Source: Trichoplax adhaerens (Eukaryota > Animalia > Placozoa). From it: a stretch of 64,000 bases of DNA. Shown in pieces: positions 55,337-64,000 of the stretch. How positions within the stretch are numbered: position 1 is the first letter of the stretch; each line of letters opens with the position of its first letter. The notes under the pieces are model-generated. The model saw only the letters and a program-made list of their open reading frames with translations, had not been told where the DNA came from and did no database searches. Position numbers and translations under genes: made by a program. Where the stretch lies: NCBI RefSeq assembly GCF_000150275.1, contig NW_002060949.1:1485836-1549835 (forward strand), in the 5' to 3' direction.

Positions 55337-58300
55337 TTAAAATAGGACTATCTTTTTTTCAATAGATCGGCGGCAAATTGGACATTCTACAAGACGATCG
55401 CCACACATTTGACAAATTCCATGGCCACAAAGAAATACAAGGTTCTTTTTCCGGTCCATACATACGGGACACAATGTCTACATCATAATAAAGGCAACAC
55501 ATTAGATGGGTTTAGTTAAGAACTTAACATAAACTCAATGCATAATAAATTCTTAGGTTCCTTCTAAAGTCTCACCTTCTCTTTCAGTTCTTTTAATTCC
55601 TGCTTGAGATTTTCTACTTCATGAATACTACTACGTTTAGTTGGTGAGGGTTCATTTACAGGGCTAACTGCACGCGCTATTAAACCAGAGGAGATAAGAA
55701 ATCCTTATTAACTTAAATTGCACCAAGATAACTATAAGAAAATTCAATAACTCACCAGCTTCGCTATCAAGATCTGCATTTAATAGTATTCGATCATCAA
55801 TTCGAAGGCGACAAACTGGGCACTTGCGTTGCATAGAGCCGCAATCTGCGGATGTTAAAAAATTATTATGTAAAGAATTATTAAATACCAATTGTTAATA
55901 AATCGATTGGGTACAACTAATAAATTACCTTTACAAGTTGAAATATGTCCGCAAGGTTTAAATATAGTTTCAGATACTTTCTTATGACAAATCCGACAAG
56001 TTTCCAACTACATTTTAAGAGCAAATGTCCAAAAGGAATGATATTATGAAACATTTTTTATCAAATCTTGAGTGAATATCTACGGAAACGTTTTTAGTTA
56101 ACCTATTCCAAAAATGGAAATTTAATACATCGGGTATTTTGTGTCAACTTTATTTCACTTTTAGGAAACATTAAAGAATTCCGCAAAGGCGACAAACTTG
56201 ACATATTGCTATCTGCACAGGGACAAAGCAACATAGCTAATGGTATCATAGCTAGCTACTGGCCTAAAGAATGTGCAGTGTATCGGTCCATTTATAGCTT
56301 ACTAATGGAACTAATCTGCGTTTACCGTCATACCAAAACGGACAAAAATACAACGCATAAACGATTCATTTTACGTAAACAATTGCGCAGTATAATTAAA
56401 AATGTAACTATCGAGTTATTTAACATACAGTCTCAGAAATTACCTTTTCAAAGGTTTCAATGGATCTTTTGCACTTCAGGCACTTTTTCATTCGTCCAGC
56501 GCAAGGCCAACACACAAGCGAGTGCTGGCAAGGAAGAAATATTGAATTTCTTACAGCGGTCGAACAAATCGCACATTTTGTGTCCTTGTTTGTAGCTTCA
56601 CCATGATTAGAGCTATTATTTCGTAATAATCCAGCGTTTAAAATCATTTTATCAGATATTAAATATATTAGTTAACAACACAGATATCCTATACCTAGAT
56701 TGCTCTTCTTCATTTTGACAGTGCAATTTAATTAAGTAAAGCGTGAAATGATCACAAAGATCATAGGGTGCTGATCCTTCGTTGTCTTTTATGTTTATGT
56801 TCGCACCTTTCGACAGCAACATTGAGATGATGGAGAGTGCAGAAGTTTTCGCAATCTTGTCAAATAAATAGTTATTTATTAATTTCTTAAATGTGCCAAT
56901 GTAAAAAAAGAGTCAACATTTGAATGTAATAGGATGTACAAGGTAAGTGTCGACATACCTTCTCGTAAGTACCAGATTGTTTTTCTCTAGCTAAAATTTG
57001 GGTTAATGTACGGATAATTTTATGTAAAGGCGTATTACCAATCATGTCTTGAAGGTTAATATCTGCGTCTCTTTCAAGTAAGAGCTAAGAGACAAAATTT
57101 TAACATAATTATCATGTGGTAACCTTAATCTATGTAGATATATTCAATCTTGTACTAGTAATTCAGTACAATATTGGCGCTATGTTTACCTCTATCATTT
57201 TCACATTTGCTTTGTCGATTGCTATATGTAGTGGAGTTTCACCATTAATGGCATTACAGGAATTTATATCAGCATGACCCTATAAGAGAAAATTATTGGC
57301 AACGTTTACCCAAGCTTGTAATTTAGTTGTGAGAATTTACGACCTCTTACCTGCTGTATAAGTAAGTCTGCTACTTCTATGTAACTATTTAGGACCGCTA
57401 TATGCAAGGCAGAATAGCCATCATCTTTCTTAATATTCACATACCAAGAATGGGGCATTTTTCTAATTAACGCTTGTATATTGCTGCAAAAGGTATGTAA
57501 CAATTAAAACTCCTGTCCATGACAATTATAATCCATTTTCGAAATGGACAGAATCGTAATTTATTTATACTATAAAGCACTTTCTTTATAATCAATTGTA
57601 TGTCATAGTCTACCTGACATTTCCAAGTTTCGTTGCTAAATGGATAGCATTAAATCCTTCATTATTTGTAACCGACATATCTGCCTTTCCTTGCAGTAAG
57701 GCATTGATGATACTTTCGTTATTTTTTATTAGAGCAAGATGTAATGGAGAATTTCCATCTACGTCCTAAAAACGATATAGTGAATTACAAAACGTGTAAT
57801 TATTCAACGCATAAGAGGCAAAATTTTACTGTGGGATAATTCAACTTGCCTGCAAACTAATATGACAACCACATTCCAGTAAAGCTTCAATAGCGTGAGC
57901 ATTCTTTTTTAATACAGCTAAGTGCAAAGGGGTTTGACCCGAACTATTACGTGTATTTAGATCAACATCGTAACGGCTTATCAAGCGGATAACATCATTT
58001 CTATTACGTATTCCCGCACAGTGGGCTATTCTATCGCCATGTTCATCCTAATCAAGTCAAATAAGGTAGAGGTAAATTGTGTGTAGACGGTATAATCTTC
58101 CTGACAATGAAATGAAGTAATTGGAGACTTACTTCTAATTCAAGGTTAGCGCCAGCTTTAATGAGAAACTCTATTACTGATAATTGAGTCAAGTCTCTAC
58201 TACTATCGTCGAAATTTTGACCATCTAACCGTAGACCAGCTTCAGACACAATGCTTACCATTTGATCGCTTGTTAAATTCGACATAATAACTTGTCGACA

Positions 58301-60953
58301 AATCTCCGAGAAACGATCTACAAATATTAGCTATGTTATCACTCACGTATGAATATAGCTAAGGTATAGGTTAATAATAGGAAATTGACATAGAATAATG
58401 ACAATACCAGCTTGATTTACTGCGAATTCCGGATTGCATTGTCTCGGCTGCAATTTAGTGATAACGCCCGGATTTAGGGTCCAAATTTGATTATCCACTT
58501 CCACCTAATGATGATGATAACAATTACTATTATTGAATAAATTCTATATTTTCGGTTTATAATGTAATCTAATCTTCCTAAAGATTTTAATTAAGCATCA
58601 ATACATTGCTATACCACTTACAAAGTCTTATAGTTTTTACAGTATATGAGTACGAAGATTTATTATACCTTAATATCACCATTCTCGTATATATGTGTTA
58701 CACGACCAACCTTACCAAGACTCTGGAATACAGAAATTAAACACGTTAGGTTATAGTTATAATTATTATATACAACTATACTGGTTTAAGTAGATAATCA
58801 TTGCTTAAACCAATGCATATCACTCTAAAATAGTAACTATTATCAGATATATTAGGCAGTAGATCGTTAAAATTTGCTGATATGCAACGTACTGCAATCA
58901 TAGAATCACACCAGCCGCCATGAGATGTCTGCATTACTCTAACTTGATCAACATCTGGATTTAGCCTTACAACATCACCAACACATATCGTGCTTCTGTT
59001 AGTGTCTGGATTACTTGAATGTTCAGAATGAAGATGACTAGATGAAGCATTGAAACGTGGTGCAGCAGTTTCTCTGGATAACTTAGTAAGGACGTGAGGA
59101 TTAAATGTCCACCTACATTATAGATAGGTTTGAGTACAGTTTTATTGATACAAGCAATACGAGTTAATATTTCGGAGATAGCTAAATCAATTTTGGAATA
59201 AGTGTGATTACATTACTTCATACCTGTTACCGTTTGCATATACAACGACTATATCTTGATCACGGTCTATATCTAGTACTTTTCCAATACTGTTCAAACA
59301 CTAGATAAAATGCCATATGGAAATTTTACAATATTAATTACTTCATAATTACGGATTGTTACAGTTACTTTGCAATTACTTCTAATACTGATCAATAAAT
59401 CATAGTCATCTAGAAATGTTGCGCATAAAGTAACATTATACCTCATGCATCTGGTCAATCCATCCGCCGTGACCTTGTTGTAGTGATCGAATCACCTCCT
59501 GTTCTAGGTTAATAGTTACGTAATCGCCAGGTGTAAAACTTACAGCTGCGGCATCCAAAAGGGAAGGTAATTCTATAATAGGTTATTGTATACAATTTAA
59601 TGTCGCAATAATACGCATAACGATATACTAGCAATTTATTACTGAAATTTACTGATGTACAAATAGGCTAATTCTATGAATATTTTTCTTGTTTGCTACT
59701 ATAGCGTATCTAGGATGGACGTACCAGGATGGCTCTGAATAAATGGCATATGATCTCTATAAATTGCTCCTCCTTTGGTATCAGTTAAAGCTTTTAGGTC
59801 GGACTGTTCATTTAATAACATTGATAAATATTAAGCATTGATATCGAACACGAAAAGGATCTTGCAAATTGGAATACATCTTACCATTCCACTGAATCCT
59901 AAACGATATAAATTTTTGTTACTGTTTTCCCACTGTACATAAACAGCACTACGAGGGCTTGCAGAAGTCCAATCTGAAATTTCTACTACTTTTCCACGAC
60001 AACCAGGTCCACCTAGTAAGTTAAAGGTTATCTCTATGTCAGTTGATCGTAATTCACTTATACTCATAAAAACTAAATAGGACTAATTTTATTGTACAGC
60101 ACCTGTCATCTGTGATACAATTAAAGCCAATAAAATACAGCTTGGAATAGTAAAACAATCTTTTTACAATTCTAGATAAAGTATACGATTGGACTTACCA
60201 TCTTGATCCTCCCAACTCCAGTCATATCCACGCACAACACGAGCACCTGGAAAGATACCACGAACGGAAATTTTTTTACTCTTTCGGCGACTTTCCATTT
60301 TGTACCTGAGAAATTAATGTAAAAAAATAAAAGATTGATTATTTTATACAGTTCCAATCTAAATTTTTATTCGGCATACAAAAATTTATCCAAGACTAGT
60401 TATTTCTATAATAACAGGAAAAATTTATCATCAGTAAATAAGACGACACTAATCATTATACAAGCAGTACAGCGATTGAAAAAAAGTGTTTTATCGCCAA
60501 TAATAATAATCGTATGAAGAGAAAAATCTCTAAGCTAGCTACCTTAAGATATTATATGTCAATAGTATCGTACCGTAGTTGCAACAACAATATTGATTAA
60601 TGCAAAACACTCTAATAAACTCTACATTGACGGTATTGAAAATTGTACAATTTTTCTCCATTTTAATTCTCAGACAAAGTTTAGCTGTGTTATCATAGAC
60701 AAGAAGGTATCTTTTATAATCACTGCTTGTATTGGATTCAACCGGATGAAAAGAAATTATTCAAATTTTGATTCTCTTACGGCTGAGCGTTGGGTATCCT
60801 AATCCGATAGAAACGATGACGTAAGTTATGTTTATCCGAGTTATAACATAGAGTACATAGGTCGCAACTAGGACATTCAACGCATTTCCAACGCGTCCCA
60901 TAGATCGGCATCATCCGACAGCCTTCACACATGGAACCAGTGTGTTCAATGCC
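55337..60953 (-). CDS. MIB1: E3 ubiquitin ligase Mind bomb 1, multi-exon; first MIB/HERC2 exon not found in the window
   Basis: ZZ finger exon 60953-60781 ([29 protein letters not shown]), MIB/HERC2 [20 protein letters not shown], two REP repeats (QGHGGW, QTSHGGW), ankyrin repeats and three RING fingers ending [15 protein letters not shown]; stop at 55337-55339. Confidence 0.95.
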
Positions 60954-63900
60954 TGATGATTTTCATTTGAAAGGAGTAGAAAATTAATTAGCAGAATGAT
61001 TCGATCGATTGAGAATAAGTGTTACATTAATGGAATAGTTATGATCAAGAATGATCAATTACAACAAGTTTGATGTCATTGACAATTCAACATTTTGATT
61101 ACTTTGTACTTTATTAGCACTCATTCTAACATACAGTATAGAATATTTTGTAATTTGATCAGTATCTGCGTGGTAAGTCTTTGAAGAAGCAACAAAAGTT
61201 GATAAAGTAAGGCAGGAAAGATGATCACGATGATTATAATCTGCTATTTGTCGTTAATTAAACAACAGTACTGTATAAACTTCTAGATTGTATCAGCAGC
61301 TATGAATTTGTAAAGGTACATTTTTCTGAAGAATTCAATTTTCGCGTATGGGTTGTTGGTATACGCAAATTAAGAAAAAAACGCATGATCTTGCGTTGTA
61401 TCAAGGCCTAGCTGTATATCTAACATCGATGACATGAGTTTGTTTTCAATAAAAACAACGCTAATCTAGTGGGCTAGATTTATTTAGAAATTACGAAATT
61501 AATACTAACTACTTATTTTATTTTACTAGCTTAATCAAACAATATGGCTAACACAAACAGAGGAAGAAAATAATACAAATAAGGTATACTATACATAGTT
61601 AAGTCTACCCTGTGTTCTTGACAATAATATTTGATTATTTGTGCATTACTAAGGCACAAAATCAATAGCGATCCGTTTTGCCGTATGATCAGTTTGTTAT
61701 CCTATAGTAATAACTGTACTATATAGTACGGTACTGTAAATTGGTTAATAATTAAGATAGAAGTTTTATTTTTTCAGAATTTTTTAGAAGAAAAAAAGAA
61801 TTCATTTTGTATTGTGACTAGTAGCATGAATTGTAAGCAGACATTGTATAGCATGTTAGTGTACTTGCTTCCTCAACTTGTAACATCACATCATTTATAA
61901 ATTGTATCAACTCCGAGGCAATTTTCAGATATCATTATATGCTTTAATTATAGTTTTTGACAATATTCAAACGGTGAAAAGATTATTATGTTAAAATGAT
62001 AAATGATCTCAACAACTGGATAGTACAGTAGATTACCAATCCATTATATCTGTCATGGTGAAAATATAATTATACGCGTTTATCGAATAATTTTCTTCAC
62101 TTTAAATAAGATGGCATGGTGATTCTACAGTACTGTACGAGTGAGTACAGTATCCAAGATCATGATTGACATGTTTGGCGTAGATTGCACAGTAAGGGAA
62201 AGAAAAAGAATTCCTAAACTAGCAATAAATACTTTCCAAGTTTGTTGTGATAATATCTGTGGAATGATAGCGACGACATGAAGGGTTAAATATTTTCATA
62301 ATTGTTACGTCTTCACACTCTACAGCCAAACAAGAATGTAACGCAATAGTATGAAATACTCAAAATTGACTGCGATTCTGGTCTCTATGGACTAAGTGAA
62401 TATGAAACTGCTATTGAAAGGGAATGTACGCTATTTTAACATGGTTAACTTGAGGATTGATGTTCTCAAATTTTTATATCGTTCAAATCAGTAGAATCAT
62501 CTATGCCACTTTCCCAAATTATAGATAATACTATTAATTTCAGTTATGGAGTAATGATCGTTGAATACATTACTGTCGGCAACAATTGTGCAGCATCGAA
62601 ATTTACTGAATTGTTTGCCTGCTCAATGAGTATACGGTAAACTAAAAAATTTTGAACTCTCTTGCTTTATACGATAGGTATACGTAGGTGCAAATTGTAC
62701 AGAAGAAGAGAAAAAAAATTCTATGAGAAAAAGTGATTTTAATTGTACCGTAGTGGTCTACTGCATGAGGTTAATGACTGTATAAAAAGTTGGTTTTTCG
62801 CACAGGGCTATAGCTATTGTTCAATCAATCTGCATAGTATAATTAATTATAACTAATTGAAGAATAATAAAAAATTTTCTCTTACTCTTTGGGAGCGAGA
62901 TGATACAAATTAGTGAGAAAACAGCGATGTCGTGTGTCTTTAATACCATAATACATTCAATACGGAGGTAAAGAAATTAAAGAAATTAAAAAACAGGAAA
63001 AGATAATACATCAAATGAGTAGAAAAAGCTCTGTTTTCTCACACTAGCATCTAGCTTCGATTGGAAATCAATGACGGTAAAAAAAATTCTCATAGAATCG
63101 TTTCGTAAACATATATCATCTCGTTGATTACAAAAGGGAATCTTTAGAAAAATTATTACTATGCTTTTTAATGGTCTCGTCTACGCTATAATTACTAGCG
63201 TCTATTTCGCATTCTTTGCAACATGACGTCAAGTATTATTTTTTCTCTTCCCTTTTCACATAGTATAGTTTAGTTTGCTATCGACTTTGCAAGTGTAAAG
63301 TCTGGTTTCTTCTTACGGGCTTGGATAGTACCTTATTGGGCATTTGACAGTAAAAGAATCTGTGCATAGTAGTGTAGAATTATGGTGGTTAATTAAAGGT
63401 AGATGTTCTCTTGGATATCGTAGTTGATCTACGTTTAGCACAATAAATAATTAATTGTATAATACAGTGAAAATGTGTGGAGGAAAGTAGTTCTCGTTCG
63501 GTTTGAAAAATGATAGAAAAAAAGGTACTTGCTGAGTCAATTCCATCAATAATAGTCTTACTCTTCATAGTACAATATTTGAGAAATCAAAAATAGATAG
63601 TATGCCGTCACGGCGGAAATCTACTTGTACGTCCATCATTACTATATGCTATATGCATGGTTGATTAGAGACGAACAAAATTCTAACAACTCTTAATAAA
63701 TATAAAAATTGAATAATGAATAAGTAAAATGAAAAGTTGACAAAAAAACGGAAAACTTGTTTAAGGAAATACAGTGTACTGTACTGTATCTGCGTATACA
63801 CGCTTAGGCAGCATGGCATTCCTGTAGTTACAGTGAAATAATGAGGCCTGTAAAAACCATATCGGGACGATTAAGGGCAAATCAAGTCAAACGTCTACTC

Positions 63901-64000
63901 TTTAAGTTATGACTAACGATCGTTTATATTGTAAAGGAGAAATGGCGCAATTTTTCCCAATCGATTTGAATTCAAGTTGGTGAGAAAACCATGCAAGACC

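Overview
AT-rich, intron-dense animal genomic DNA. Short 80-150 nt introns and human-like exon boundaries suggest a basal metazoan, most likely a placozoan (Trichoplax-like); this taxonomic call is inference. Seven conserved spliced genes are recognisable: NRBP pseudokinase (-, runs off the left edge), CBS (+), EIF3E (+), GNL2/NOG2 (-), AGPAT5 (+), SPO11 (+) and MIB1 (-, 5' end not found in the window). An eighth gene is an unrecognised two-exon, 512-aa nuclear protein with an inserted SAP-like motif, alone in a ~21 kb gene-poor region with TATA/CCAAT/E2F/CRE-type motifs upstream. A SNORD31/snR67-type C/D snoRNA lies in an EIF3E intron. The most striking non-coding signal is dense patches of a palindromic (GTAC-W)n pentamer, broken by unique spacers, directly upstream of NRBP, CBS, EIF3E and GNL2 but absent from the orphan gene's upstream region, suggesting two promoter classes. 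Also notable: CBS active-site and regulatory substitutions (Y223F, Y308K, D444N equivalents), a GC-rich 20-bp minisatellite, a 75-bp minisatellite at the SPO11 5' end, a 16-nt SPO11 microexon and three GC-AG introns. All protein comparisons were made by eye against remembered human sequences; no searches were run.
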